Shown: in pieces, positions 40,876 to 54,010 of the stretch | Layout: every line of letters starts with the position of its first letter | Position numbering within the stretch: the stretch's first letter is position 1 | Assembly: GCA_964016885.1 (NCBI GenBank) | Contig: OZ024740.1 | Coordinates: 228,842,001 to 228,906,000, forward strand | Direction of reading: 5' to 3' | Length of the DNA: 64,000 nt | From: Eledone cirrhosa | Lineage: Eukaryota | Position numbers and translations under genes: made by a program | The notes under the pieces: generated by a model | Told to the model about the DNA's origin: nothing | Database searches by the model: none | What the model saw: only the letters and a program-made list of their open reading frames with translations

Positions 40876-40962
40876 ACCTTTAGCGAATCGGTTTCGAGTC
40901 TCAAAAATAAATGCACTGTCCTTGCGGCCTTCCATTGAAAAGATAAACTCTCGTCAGAAGGT
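40876..40962 (-). ncRNA. Type I hammerhead-like motif (family J)
   Basis: ACCTT-CTGACGA-GAG..CTC-GAAAC-cgattcg-CTA-AAGGT; one stem III mismatch. Confidence 0.55.
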
Positions 40963-41035
40963 TCTTTTCACTCGGAGAATATAAAATTACCGAGTTCAAA
41001 TTACGAACTGGCGCTATTCACAATTGTTCCCGAGA

Positions 41036-41153
<118 letters not shown>

Positions 41154-41238
41154 GCTGTTGTGGGGTTGCAAGGTAAATGCATCCGCAGGCGGTATGCCGG
41201 TTGAGCACCCGATGCTCGCGTAGAGCAGAGTATAATGT

Positions 41239-41623
41239 TATAAAAAACGAGGAATCAGTGTTGCATCACCTCACATTTATTAACATATTACATATGTTTC
41301 TCTGTCGATCGGCTCGAGGTAAGATCTGTTACAGATCGAACCCAGCTCTGCAGTCGAAGGATCTTCTTATATGTTTTGTGTGTTCAAACATCTCAGTTGT
41401 TATTTATCTGTTGTACATATAAGCCGAAATAGCAGGATGCTAATATGTACTATGATAAATAACAGCTGAGATGTTTCAACAGACCAAACATATCTGAAGA
41501 TCCTTCGACTGCAGAGTTGGGTTCGATCTGTGACAGATCTTGCCTCGAGCTGATCTACGGAGAAACATATGTAATATGTTAATAAATGTGAGATGATGCA
41601 ACACTGATTCCTCGTTCTTTATA
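41239..41623. repeat. Diverged palindrome whose right arm holds an intact hammerhead (41487-41580 +, family K)
   Basis: AACATAT-CTGAAGA-TCC..GGA-GAAAC-ATAT-GTA-ATATGTT. Confidence 0.75.
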
Positions 41624-41649
41624 ATATATATATATTTATATATATATAT

Positions 41650-42167
41650 ATATGAATAAAATTAGTCCTTCATCAGTGATCTTCCAGCCTTCAATGGTAT
41701 TTCATCGCTTTAAAGACCATATACCTCCGGTTGGTGCGAGCAACGGCTCAAGAAAGTCGTTGGGACACGTAAATAGGGAAACGAGCGAGACAGTAAACAA
41801 TCAAAGATGGTAATGCAACGAAAAGTGAGGAAGAAGGAGTCAAGAACATAAGTTCTGTGAAATCGTGGACGAGAGATAAAGACCATCCAACCTGGTTGAA
41901 ATGTGAGTGAGAAATAATTTCGTACAGGTCAAACGGGAGGAAGTGATGGAGAGGGAGTAGCAGAGAGTGAGTGAGTGAAAGTGTGAGGAAGAGGCTAACA
42001 GAGAAAGTGAGTGGCAAAGAGGGTAAAAATAAAGTGAGAGATACAGAGAAAAGGGAAGCAGTAAGACAGAAACAGACGGGTCACAGCGGAGGAAAATATA
42101 TAAATATATGAAAAAATGGCGTGCTGCGTGGTTGCAAATGGGTTACATATGAATAAAATTAGTCCTT
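41650..42167. mobile_element. Second, circularly permuted copy of the about 500-bp element
   Basis: atgaataaaattagtcctt at both ends (about 41651 and 42149). Confidence 0.7.
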
Positions 42168-42169
42168 GT

Positions 42170-42880
42170 GAACCACACAGTATACAGACTCAGACGCAGA
42201 AGCTCCCACGTCTTGCGTTCGGTCAGCAGCCAGTTGCACAGCGTCCCGCTATTGTCTGTTTGTCGCTCGCAGGTCCCTCTCAACTGTCTGGCGCCAGTTT
42301 ATTTTGGGTCGCCCTCTCCGTCCGCTTCCCTGCGGGCTCCATTTAAGTACTTGGTTCGCCAGTCTCTCCGGGGGAAGTCTCAAAGCGTGTCCAAACCAGC
42401 CCAGGCGGCGCTTGCAGATGGTAGAAGAGACTAGCTGGTGGTTGGTGCGGTTCCTGACTACCTGGTTTGTTACATGGTCACTCCATTTAATCCCCAGGAC
42501 CTTTCGCAGACACCTGGAATCCAATGCGTCTAACTTCTTCTCTTGGCTGGTCTTAAGGTGCCATGTTTCACTTCCGTACAAGAGTGTGGACAGCACGTTT
42601 CTGTTGTAGAATCTCATCTTTGTTTTGAGGGTTAACTTCCTGCTCTTCCAGATCTTGTCAAGCTGGTTAAATGCTGCTGAAGCCTTTCCCATTCTACATT
42701 GCACTGATATTGAGACCTAAGCTTCCTGCTTCGACATTGATATTGTTCACAATGATTTGCAGGTCAGCTGTGCTCTCAGCAAGTGCAGCAATATCGTCCG
42801 CAAAGTCCAGGTCAGACAACTTTTGCTCTCCCACCCAAGATATACCCTGGTCTTTAGACGCTCTTCTTAGTACCCAGTAT
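42170..42880 (-). mobile_element. RTE-clade LINE 3' fragment (RT C-terminus)
   Basis: LSDLDFADDIAAL; RMGKASAAFNQLDKIWKSRKLTLKTKMRFY..VLSTLLYGSETW..RRLGWFGHALR..RRGRPKINW. Confidence 0.9.
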
Positions 42881-42960
42881 AGAATAGACACAAAAATCAA
42901 CAGAAAAAACAATTGACACAACTACAAACGGAAAACCCGACAACGACGACGACGACGACG

Positions 42961-42994
<34 letters not shown>

Positions 42995-43039
42995 AAACAA
43001 CAACAACAACAGCAGCAGCAGCACATCAGCAACAGCAGT

Positions 43040-43116
<77 letters not shown>

Positions 43117-43150
43117 AATAACTTATACAGAAACAGTCACAAATAATAAT

Positions 43151-43334
43151 TGTTTCTACTTTTGGCACAAGGCCAGCAATTACCCAGTACATTACTGGTA
43201 CTTTATTTTATCGACCCCGTAAGGATGAAAGGCAAAGTTAACCTCGGCGGGATTTGAACTCAGATCGTAAAGAGACGTAACTATGCTGGAAAGCATGGCG
43301 TCCGACCCTCTACCGATACTGCCAATCCACCGCC
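43151..43334 (-). mobile_element. SINE with 17-bp TSD
   Basis: cagtcacaaataataat at 43134-43150 and 43335-43351. Confidence 0.92.
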
Positions 43335-43387
43335 CAGTCACAAATAATAATAACGTTACTTCTAACTCCGCATGTATTGGCGTCACC

Positions 43388-44726
43388 ATGGAAACCAATA
43401 TGAACAACAAAAATAAAAACAAGATCGAACCACACATAGTGCAACAGGCGGAAAAAACAACAGATAATAAAACCATTGACACAACTGCAAACGAAAATCC
43501 CGACAACCACAACAACAACAACAACAACAACACCAAAAAAACTTTTGCGCAAACAGTCATCAAGACACAAGAATTCAAGAATCTTGATATCTCCAATGCG
43601 AAACAGATGCTCTCTGAAGCAAAGGAGTTTATCACTTTCGGTGAAAACGGGGGATTTCAGATAAACTCACCCCCAGAAATTCGTTTGGAAACATTTCGAA
43701 GGACAATTACATTCAGAACTGTTTCAAATGAAACAAAATGACCAACATTCCTCAGTCAAGGGGAAATTGAGGCAACCTTAATAATGATATTGCCAGACAT
43801 TGACTTTATGCAGAGGGCCAAACAGTACGGGAGTATTTCGGTACTCCTCAAAAGCGAGGCCCCTGCACAAAGATATTCAGTGACACCAATACTGTCACAA
43901 AAATACACCTTTTCCCTACATACCTGGGAAAAAGGACACAAAAAATTAGAGTTTCAAACATACCACCAAATATTAATATTTGGTGGATATTGGCAGGATT
44001 TTTAGAGGCGAGAAAAGACATTATTCTCTCCATCAAAAAGTCAACCAGACACACCTGGTCTGGTACAAATTTGGAGATTCTGGTGCAAATGAGCCCGGAA
44101 AGAATCTCCAAAATACCAGAAAAAGTGCTGGTGGACAACAACAGCCACATAAACATTGCAGTTGAAGGACGAAAACCACAATGCTTTCGCTGCAATAGCA
44201 CCACACACCTAAAGGCCTCTTGCCCTTTACAAACACGCTCAACCAAAACAATACAAAAGAAAACACTGTTACCAACACCAACACCAAAACAACAACCACC
44301 ACAACAACAAAAACTCACGAAACAAGCAAACACACCAAAACAAACAGCCACTCAACCAACAACAACAGAAAAACACATACAACACCCCTGAAGAACGCAG
44401 CCCCACCCCATCCCACTCCATCAAACACTACCACAAACACACACACCGAAACACCACCACCACACAACATACCCCTACCCCACACACCTGATGATGATTA
44501 TTCATCGACGGATGAAGCTGCTTCTTCTTCTTTAGGTGAAGAAGAGGGAGAGCCGCGGAAATCTAAAAAACAAAAAAGAGACACCACAAAACCCCCAAAA
44601 CTCCAATCACCAACACCAACACACAACCACAGACACAAACAACAACACAAACAACACCACAGTCAAACATCCCCCTATCAGCAAAACCAACACCAACACC
44701 ACCCCAAACACAAGCATTCACCATAA
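43388..44726 (+). pseudogene. LINE ORF1 (gag-like) relic
   Basis: GRKPQCFRCNSTTHLKASCP zinc knuckle; stops and frameshifts. Confidence 0.75.
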
Positions 44727-45122
44727 AAAGAAAACTCCTGGACGAACAACAAACTAAAACAACACAACAAAAACACAATCAACAATACGCATACATCAAC
44801 ACAAACAACAAGAGTTTGATGGAGGTCATCTCCCAAAACCCCAAGGTGGAGACGGAGGGCAAAACTTTCGTCAAGGCAGAATCGTCTCCACACCTTAAAC
44901 TTATAAGGGTTTCTATGGAAACCTATAATGATTGAAAAATAAATTTTAACAGGACGTGGGCAACCGTTGCCAGAAACCCATCAACCGCATCCTGTTAAAA
45001 TGTTTCCCCACTCCACCCAACACCCCATCCGACACCCAAATGGAGATTGAACAACCCGATCTCTAGGAAACGAAAAGGTAAGTGCACCTTTCGTCCTTTT
45101 TCTCCAACTCTTCTTCCCCAAC

Positions 45123-48100
45123 ATGGCTAGTTTACGAGTTGAAAGCGTGAATGTGCGTGGCCTAGAGATGCCCTGGAAACAGGGCCAGCTTTTAAACGAC
45201 CTTAGGTCACACGGTATGGATGTGATAGCTACCACCGAGTCCAGGATCCACAACAGGCAGCAACTAACCCCCATCTTCGACGACTTTGAGATCTACGCAT
45301 CTCTCTGTCAGCCAGGAGGTGGAGGTGTAGTGGTTGTCATTTTTCGGAAGAACCTGGACGACGAAGTACAGCAAGTACACTTGGACCCGGAGGGTAGACT
45401 GGTAGTCCTAGACGTGAACAGTATTGGAGGTGGAGCATTCAGATTGGTGGCCGTTTAAGCCCCGACCGGCCAATCGCAATCGCGGCCAGACTTCTTTAAG
45501 CGTCTAGAGTCTTTTCTGGGAACGTCTCGCTCCTTGCTTTTAGTGGGGGACTGGAATGGTATCCTAGATACACGATGGGACTATGTGGGACCATGTCCCA
45601 GTAGAGGGGGGTGCAACAGCCTCAAAACTTTAATCGGCCAATTCTAACTGGCCGATAGGTATCGACTGGATTTCCCGACTGCACCACAGCGGACGTGGGC
45701 AAACCGCAGCGGGACATCTAGATCGTATTTAGATAGGTTCTTCATTAGAGAAAGGGACAAGATGTTAATCTGTCCACAAATGCACATGGTTGCCTATTCA
45801 GATCACAAATTAGTCGTCTGCTTAGTCAACCGTGATAGAACACATAAACAAGGACCCGGATACTGGAAGCTGAACGTGTCGTTGTCGGCACGTAAAACTT
45901 ACAGTGAACGGATAAGTAGACTAGTCAAGCAACAGTTAACAGGAGCCATCGTCAACAATAGATGGTGGTACTCTCTCAAGAAAGCAATTAGAATAGAATC
46001 GATTGGGTTTAGCAGAGAGTTAGCCTTAGAGAAAAACAAACTAGAAAGAGAACTAATAGCCAAGGTAGAGGAGGCACTTAAAAGTGGCAACGCGGCTAGA
46101 GTGTTAGCGTCGAGAACGGCACAGAACCAGTTCTTCGATGCGAAACACGAAGGCTGCCTGGTCAGAAGCAAAACACATGCTCTAGGAAACGAAGGAGCGA
46201 AAGCTGTCAGCTGGGCCCGAGTGGCGGAGGCAAAAAGTGGCAACTAGTCCACGATTCGGTCTTTGAAAGACCAAAACAGACGCGTGCTACTTGACCACAA
46301 ACAAATGTGTGCGGCCTTTCAGCAGCACTTTGCGCGACTGTTTGAGCAGAACGACGGTGAGCCGAACGGGGCAATGGACTTTAGTTCATACCTCGACGGC
46401 CTTCCGCGTCTCTCGAACACGGACGCTGAGTTCTGCGAAAGCCCGATCACAGACACTGAGATACGGGACGCTCTGGGCCGCTGCGGGAAACGCAAGTCAC
46501 CCGGTCTAGATGGTCTACCCTATGAGTTTTAGATAGGCATGCCGGACTTGTTCTCTGGCGTCCTCTAAGCCGTCTACTGCAATTGGCAGCAGAACAGGAG
46601 AATTCCCAGTTCTGCAGGCAAGGGCGTAGTAACGCTGATCAAGAAAGACCAGAACAAGGGGGACGAAATTAACAACTTCAGGCCCATAACTCTGCTCAAC
46701 ACAGAGTTAAAGATTTTGGCCAAGGTGCTAGCGACGAGGTTGGCGCTTGTCGTCGAGAACCTGGTAGGGAAAGCGCAAACGTGTGCAATCCTGATCAGCT
46801 CTATACACGACAACCTCCACCTCATGCGATACATCATAGAGAGGGTGGGTAGTAAACCGGGCTTCGGTGGGGGTCTGATCAATTTGGATCAGTCTAAGGC
46901 ATTCGATAGGGTCGACCATCGATACTTGGAAGCGGTTCTCAAGGCGGCCGGTTTCGGTCCCGTTTTCAGAGGCTGGATCGAGGCGATGCACACCAGCATC
47001 TGCTCGAGGGTCAAGGTGAACGGCTACCTATCGGAGCCGTTCGCAATCACGCGTTCCATTCGACAGGGGTGCCCTCTCTCCTCCATTCTGTATGTATTGA
47101 CTCTAGAGCCACTACTGCGGAAATTGAAGCTGTTGCAGGGCATCCCTCTAGAACCGGGACTGCGCAAAGCGGCGTCGGCTTATGCCGATGACGTGACGGT
47201 AATGGTGTCGAGCACCTCGGAAATCGGGGTGATCGGCAACTTACTGAAAGAATACGAAACGCTGACGGGAGCAAAACTAAACCCGGACAAGTCTGTCGCT
47301 TTGCAACACTCAGTACGTGGAGAGGCAAACCAATGACGTCCGACAGCGTCGTTGGACGCTGGACAGACGGACCGGGGAAATTGCTCGGGGTCTGGTTCGG
47401 TCCAGACTTCCAGGTGGAGAAAAACTGGAACGAGGTCGCGGCCAAGGTGTTTGCACTCACCCAGAAGTGGGCAGAGTGCAAACTGTCCTTGAAAGGTCGA
47501 GCAGAGGTGGCGAACACTTTCATAGCGTCCGTCATCTACTACCGCTTGACTGTCGTGTCTTGTCCCCGTGAACACCTCGCCAAGATAGAACGCATTCTCT
47601 TCCAGTTTCTGTGGAAGAAGCAGGCTCCGCTGGTGAGAAGATCCGTCTGCTGTCAGCACCCTTCCAACGGAGGGCTGGGAATGCCGTGGCTGATGATGCG
47701 CAAACATGCGCTGAGGCTGCGGCATCTCCAGGTATTCCTCACCGACCCCCAACCGGTGTGGACACCGTTTGTGAGACAGGCTTTCCCACAGCTCGTCTCG
47801 CTGACGGAACTGCAGTCCTGGGTCAAGAAAAAACCGAAAACGATGGGCGCCTGGCACATTGAATGCGCTCAGGCGCTCACAGTCCTCTGGCAAGCGGGCG
47901 CAGCAATCAGTGGAGACTCCACTTCGACATTCTATAGAGGGATTGTACGTTACAAGGGCGACGACGTGCTCGGAGAGACTCTGGGCGTCGAGGACGATGA
48001 GCTCACCAGTCTGTTTGGTAGGACTTTCCGCCCGGGACCTATGGACAACTTCCAGAGGTCTCTGGCCTGGCAGTGCTACCGAGGAGCTCTACCGGTTCGT

Positions 48101-48568
48101 GACAAGATCTACAGGCACGGACGCCCCGGCAGAGATCCTTCCAAGAGGACGTGTCCAAGATGCGCGCAGGACATTAAAACAGTCTTGCACGCAATTGTAC
48201 ACTGCCCGGGCGTAAGCGACCTGTGGAACTATGCAGAACAATTGCTGTCGCGTATGGGGCAAATCCAGTTGACTGCCGAGTCCATAGTAAGGATCAAACT
48301 GCCAGCCTCTTTCAAAAACGAAAGAGAGGCGGTTTTCCTCTGTACCGTGGCTATGGTGAAAGAGGTTATATGGTGGACGAGATTGAGAGGACTGAGGACA
48401 GATGCCTTTCTCTCTGGACAACAATTGATTCCCTTCTTTAAGTATCACTTTAGAAGGAGAATCAGAGTGGAGAGAGAGGCACTGCACCCCAGTAAATTTA
48501 CTGAAATGTGGGTGAATGAAGCGAAAATGGCCCGAGTGATTGGGCCTTCTTTGTTTATAAGCCTGTAG
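45123..48568 (+). pseudogene. LINE ORF2 (APE endonuclease, reverse transcriptase, C-terminal CCHC) relic
   Basis: SVNVRGL, GDWN, YLDR, SDH, GYWKLN, KSPGLDGLPYEF, FRPITLLN, LDQSKAFDRV, QGCPLS, AYADD, CPRC..HAIVHC; several in-frame stops and a frameshift near 47310. Confidence 0.92.
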
Positions 48569-48801
48569 GTTGAAGAAGAGAGCAAAAGGAAGAAAGGAGC
48601 ACTTGCACAACACGCTCCTGGAGTTGAGGGTTGTTCTAACGACGGGGTATTAAACAACCCATTTGTGACGCCTCCCCCCTATTGGGGATTTCGATTGTTG
48701 TAATTGTTTGTTTTTATATTTTTTACACGACTGTATGTAAAATTCCCGGCATGTCTTTGTATTGTCCCCTTTTCTTGTGCGCCCTTGTGGCAAATAAAGA
48801 A

Positions 48802-48876
<75 letters not shown>

Positions 48877-49526
48877 CCCCTCCCCTGCACACATACATGT
48901 ATGTATGTCTCTATCTATTTATCTATCCATCTCTCTCCCTATATATAGATAGATAGATTTCGTTATTTGCCACAAGGGCGTACAAAAATGGGACATTACA
49001 AGACGTGACGGCGGGGCTTTTACATAAAATCTTTAACAATAATGAATAACAATAAACTATATACAAATAAAACAATCGAAATCCCCAATAGTAACGTTCC
49101 CCTATTGGGGATTTCGATTATTTTATTTTGTAGAAAAACAGAAGGCTGTAGATAGCAACAACAACAACAGCAGCAGCAACAACAACAACAACATCATCAA
49201 CAACAACAACAACAAGCTTCAAAAACAACTTTTTCACGCCATAAAAAAATGCGGTGAACCAGTGATTGGTCCCTTAGAAACCTGTAACCAACGACGCTAT
49301 TGTTCACAGTTTGTAATAATAAAGAAAAAAAAAAAGGAGTCGATCATCAAATCGAACTCAATGAACTATATTTCCATCGATCCGTACATTGCTTAGCCTC
49401 TCTGCCTGTTAAAACTCCTAACAGAGGCATCAGCGGTTTTTCCAATGACAGGAGGCGGAATTTAAAATCAGGACACACAAAGCCGGAACTGATACAGCGA
49501 AGCACTGCATTCCACTCTTTAATAAT

Positions 49527-50095
49527 AGTTTTTACTTTTGGCATAAGGCCAGCAATTTTGTGGCAGGGGAAAGTCGATTAAATCGACACTAGTGCGTTAC
49601 TGGTACTTTATTTTATCTACCCCGTACGGATGAAAGGCAAAGTTAACCTAACATCGACATGGTTTGAATTCAAAACGTTAAGGGCCGTAACTATATGCCG
49701 CAAAGCATGTTGTCCGACGCTCTACGATACTGCTAACCCACTACTCTTATACGGATTTAGACACAAGACTAACAATTTGGGGAGGGAAAAAAGTCGATAA
49801 AATCGTCCTTAATGCATTTCTGATACTTTATTTTATCAACCAGGTAAGGATAGAAGGCAAAGCTAATCTCAGTAGGATTTGAACTCAGAACGTAAAGGGC
49901 CGTAACTGCATGCCGCAACAATGTTGCCCGAGGCTCTACCGATACTACCAGTTCACCACCCATGGACTTTATTCCTTGATATCGAAAGGACGAAAAGCAA
50001 AATTATCCCCAGTGGGATTTAAACTCAGAACAGAGAACTAGAAGCAAAAACAAGGCATTTAATCCAACGTTCTAACAACTCTGTCGATTCCCCCA
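49527..50095 (-). mobile_element. Three tandem SINE copies of increasing divergence
   Basis: 49527-49745, 49770-49962, 49966-50095. Confidence 0.75.
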
Positions 50096-50106
50096 CTTTT
50101 GCAACA

Positions 50107-50300
50107 TACGAGGGTGGACAGAAAAGTTCATGGGCTAATTATGAAGGAGTGATGCTAGAGCTGTGAAATTTTGCATGCTTTAATTTCAACTCTTCTTATT
50201 AATAACTGCATTGTTTCTTTCCAGGTAAACCGACATCTAACTGTTCAAAGAGGACTTCAATTGTAACTAATAGCGACTTCTCTTTAAAATTGTCAAAATA
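50107..50300 (+). mobile_element. Mariner-like terminal fragment
   Basis: TA-cgagggtggacagaaaagt start resembles mariner TIRs; no matching end seen. Confidence 0.4.
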
Positions 50301-50484
50301 AAATAAAATAGAATAAATAATTTGAATATTTTACATTTTAAATATAGTCGTCCTAACGCAAATGACTATAATAATACATTTAATCATTTGGTGTCTCTGT
50401 CCATTTTTTTTTCCATCTCCAAGTGTACTTTATACGATTTTATCAATTATTATTTTCGAGTGATCGACTATTATTGTAGTCGCT

Positions 50485-51170
50485 TAATTGGAGGAATCGG
50501 TAGAGCGTCGGTCAAAATGCTTAGCGGCATGTCGTTACGTCCCTTTACGTTCTGATTTCAATTCACGTCGAGGTTAGCTTTGCCTTTCATCCTTACTGAG
50601 GTCGATCTAATCAACTTTGCCCTCCACCAAATCGTTAGCCTTGTGCCTATATCAGAAACCAGAATTGGCAATATCGGTAGAGGCTCGGACGCCATGCTTT
50701 GACGCATAGAGTTACTGCCCTTGCCATTCTGAGTCCAAATCCCGCCAAGGTTAACTTTGCCTTTCATCCTTACGGGGTCGATAAAATAAAGTACCAGTAA
50801 TACACTGGGTAGTTGCTGGCCTTGTGCCAAAAGTAGAAACAATTATTTTTCCGTTCACAGCTTGGGTGCATATACCTGTCTCATTGAACGTTTTCAGTAC
50901 ACACCTGTACGAATGATTGAGAAAATATATAAAGTTTGAGTTTAAAAAAAAAACCTTCACTCATTAGTATAATTTAAGAATATGAGATGGGAAGATAGAG
51001 GCGAAGAATTAGCGAGGTGGTTAGAATGGCAGGTAGAATGCTTTGCGGTATTCTTTCCTAGTCTCAGAGGTCGATAAAATAAAGTACCAGTAACGTACTG
51101 GTGTTGATTTAATCGACATTCCCCTCCCCCCCAAAAAAATGTTGGCCATGACCCTAAATCAGAAACCACT
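50485..51170 (+). mobile_element. SINE cluster (50485-50660, 50663-50845, 50998-51170)
   Basis: Family motifs. Confidence 0.75.
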
Positions 51171-51489
51171 ATTTTAGTCATTTATATTTGAACAACTAAA
51201 TTTCAAATTTCAAATGAATAATATATTTTACCCTCTCTAGAACTTTTCCGCTGGCCGTATTTTCCATACAGAAGTTCAAGTTGAATGTCAACCGCGCTAA
51301 CCTCATTCCTCATTCCTGGAAAGCCTGCAAATATCATGGCCACCACGCCTTCTCTTCCAACTCTACTCTGTACACTATTGTTGGATCTCCGTCACTACTG
51401 ACGAGGAGTGTTCCAGATGTTTGAACGACGGAACGTCGTGCACGTGAACTTAACGTGCAGTTGACTGAACATTTAACAGATGCGTGCAG

Positions 51490-51657
51490 CCTTCTTCTTC
51501 TTCTTCTTCTTCTTCTCCTCCTCCTCCTCATTCTCCTCCTCCTCCTCCTTCTTATCCTCCCCCTCCTCCTTCTTCTTCTTCTCCTCCTCCTTCTTCTTCT
51601 TCTCCCCCTCATTCTTCTTCTTCTTCTCCTCCCCCTTCTTCTTCTCCCCATCCTTCT

Positions 51658-51689
<32 letters not shown>

Positions 51690-52200
51690 TTCTCCTCCTC
51701 CCCCTTCTTCTTCTTCTCCCCCTCCTTCTTCTTCTTCTTCTTCTTCTTCTTCTTCTTCTTCTTCTTCTTCTTCTTCTTCTTCCTGAGAGGGTTATGGGGG
51801 CAGAGTCCTGAAGCAAGTCTTCTAGCGGGTCCTGTCAGAAGCAACTGTTTCCAATTGATCTGGCGAATCCTCAAGCAAGACCATCATGGATGTTATCCCA
51901 CCATCTTGCACGGGGGGGGGGGGGGGGGTCTACCCCTGGGTCTCTTGCCGATTGGTGGTTTTGCCCGTAAAATCTGTCCAACGATTCTTTCTTCAGACAT
52001 TCTGACCACATGCCCACATGCCCATATTGCTGTGATTTCTCAATTCGGAGTAGTGGCTCTACCTGGAGTGATTCTCTCATCTCCGAGCTACGCATTCTAT
52101 CGAGTAACGTTACTCCAAAATCTCTTTCGAGAAACCCCATTTCGGCCGCTTGTATCCGATCGTATTCTTTCGGTCATTACCCAAGATTTATGATCATAAA
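51490..52200 (-). mobile_element. RTE-clade LINE 3' end with expanded (AAG/AGG)n tail
   Basis: EMGFLER..GVTLLDRMRSSEMRESLQVEPLLRIEKSQ..GHV; tail 51490-51782. Confidence 0.75.
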
Positions 52201-52299
52201 CATGGAAGGGTTGGCACGAATACCGAATGCTGAAGTTGGTGCATTACTGCTTTAAGATGCTGACGCTTTGAATTACATGTACAAATCATTTTTCTTCCC

Positions 52300-52780
52300 G
52301 GACCTCCGTCGCTTCTGACGATGAGTGTATTAGGTGTTTGAACGACGGGACATTATGCACGTGAACTTAACTTGCAACTGTGAACATTCTACAGACACGT
52401 GTAATCTTAACGTAGTTCTGAGGGAGATTCAGTGAGCCACAGTATGAAAAGGATGGCCTTTTGAATAACATTTACAAATCATTTTTGCCAACTAAGTGAA
52501 CTGGAGTAATGTTAAATAAAGTGTGTTGTTCAAGGACAGAACGTGCTGCCGGGAATTGAACTCATGACCTTACCATCTAAGAGCCTGATCGTTAAATTAA
52601 CTTGCAGGTGGCTGAGCATTCCATAGACACGTGTATCCCTAACGTAGTTCTTAGAGAGATTCAGTGCGACAGAATGTGACTAAATTGACCTTTCAAATTA
52701 CAGGTACAATTGATTTTTGTGAACTGGAGCATATTTTCATCTTTCAATTAAGTCGAATTCTAGTTTTGACTCCAGTTTTA
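52300..52780 (-). mobile_element. CORE-type SINE and partial tandem copy
   Basis: aaataaagtgtgttgttcaaggaca, gaattgaactc; related piece at 51385-51490. Confidence 0.55.
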
Positions 52781-53005
52781 CATGACATTTTCCAGCTTCT
52801 CATTTTTATCTTTACCCAAGCCAGCGGCACACACTCACATGCCCGTACAGTGTGACCAACTCTGGATATCGATGACTAGAAATTGAGTTTATTACACCAT
52901 TATCGTCAACAGACTCGCTACGTAATCCCCTATCAAAATGTTTAGCTCATCTTGTACGGATAAACGTTATATCAAGATATACTATATAACTTATAATGGC
53001 TTCTA

Positions 53006-53170
53006 CTTTTGGCACAAGGCCAGCAATTACCCAGAGCATTACTGGTACTTTATTTTATCGACCCCATAAGGATGAAAGGCAAAGTTAACCTCGGCGGGAT
53101 TTGAACTCAGAATGGCAAGGGCCGTAACTCTATACGTCAATGCATGGCGTCCGACCCTCTACCGATACTG
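53006..53170 (-). mobile_element. SINE with 18-bp TSD
   Basis: aacttataatggcttcta at 52988-53005 and 53171-53188. Confidence 0.92.
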
Positions 53171-53419
53171 AACTTATAATGGCTTCTAATCTAGACCAGC
53201 AGTTTGGTGGGTGTGGGATTAAATCAACCCTAATATATGATTGGTAGGTTATGTTATTGATTCTGGAAGGATGAAAAGCAAACTTGACTTCGGTTGGATT
53301 TTATCTCAGATCATTGTATATAATGTACAAAGATGCATGTATGGACCCGTAATTCTGTTGGAGTTGTAGGGGATCCGTACTGACATACACCGTGTCATGC
53401 GCGTTTTTTACAATCAGTG

Positions 53420-54010
53420 GAGCCAATCCCCACACCAGGTCTGAACCCAGCTTATTTCTTCCAGGAGAGAGGGGGGGGGGGGTATGATAGAGAGGATGGG
53501 AGATAAAAGATATAGAGGAAGAGGAAGAATCAACCCAGTAGGGTATTGGTATATAATTTATATCAACCTTGAAAGGATAAAAAGCAAAGTTGACCGTAAT
53601 CGGTTTTGAACTCATTGAATCGAATAACGCAAAGCATTTTACCCGACATTCTAGCGATTCTGCCAACACACCATGTTATGCATGCATTGACCTATAACTC
53701 CTGGGGGAGTCGTAGTGGTGTCATGTTGACAAACGACGTTTCTGGGACATTTTAAAACCTGGCAGAACCCATCTCCTCTCCCGATCTGAACCAGCCGATT
53801 TCTCCGAGAGAAAGATAGTGAAAAAAAGGAAATGAGAAAGAGATATAGAGGAAGAATCGAACCAGTACTAAACTGGTCTTTTTTATCGATCTCGAATGGA
53901 TGAAAGGTAAAATTGACCTCAGCGTGATTTAAACTCGGATAACAGAGAGTTGGAATGAATATCACAAAGCCTTCTATCTGACGTTCTAACGACTCTGTCA
54001 ATTCACCGCC
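53420..54010 (-). mobile_element. Two old tandem SINE-containing units (about 340-bp period)
   Basis: 53420-53668 and 53760-54010 share tctgaacc..gatatagaggaaga..gttgacc. Confidence 0.55.

Larger units (their letters stand above)
43388..48860 (+). mobile_element. Near-full-length L1/Tx1-clade LINE, disrupted
   Basis: ORF1 relic with CCHC knuckle, ORF2 APE+RT+Zn finger, AATAAA at 48793 and (CTAT)n tail. Confidence 0.9.

Noticed and set aside
45123-48568. GC-rich island as horizontal transfer or contamination
   Set aside because: Explained by LINE ORF2 continuous with ORF1 and a 3' tail in host repeats.
51395-51442. CTGACGA in SINE body (also 52315)
   Set aside because: No GAAA or consistent stems.
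51334-52193. Protamine-like poly-Arg, poly-Lys and poly-Phe ORFs
   Set aside because: (CTT/CCT)n expanded tail of an RTE fragment.
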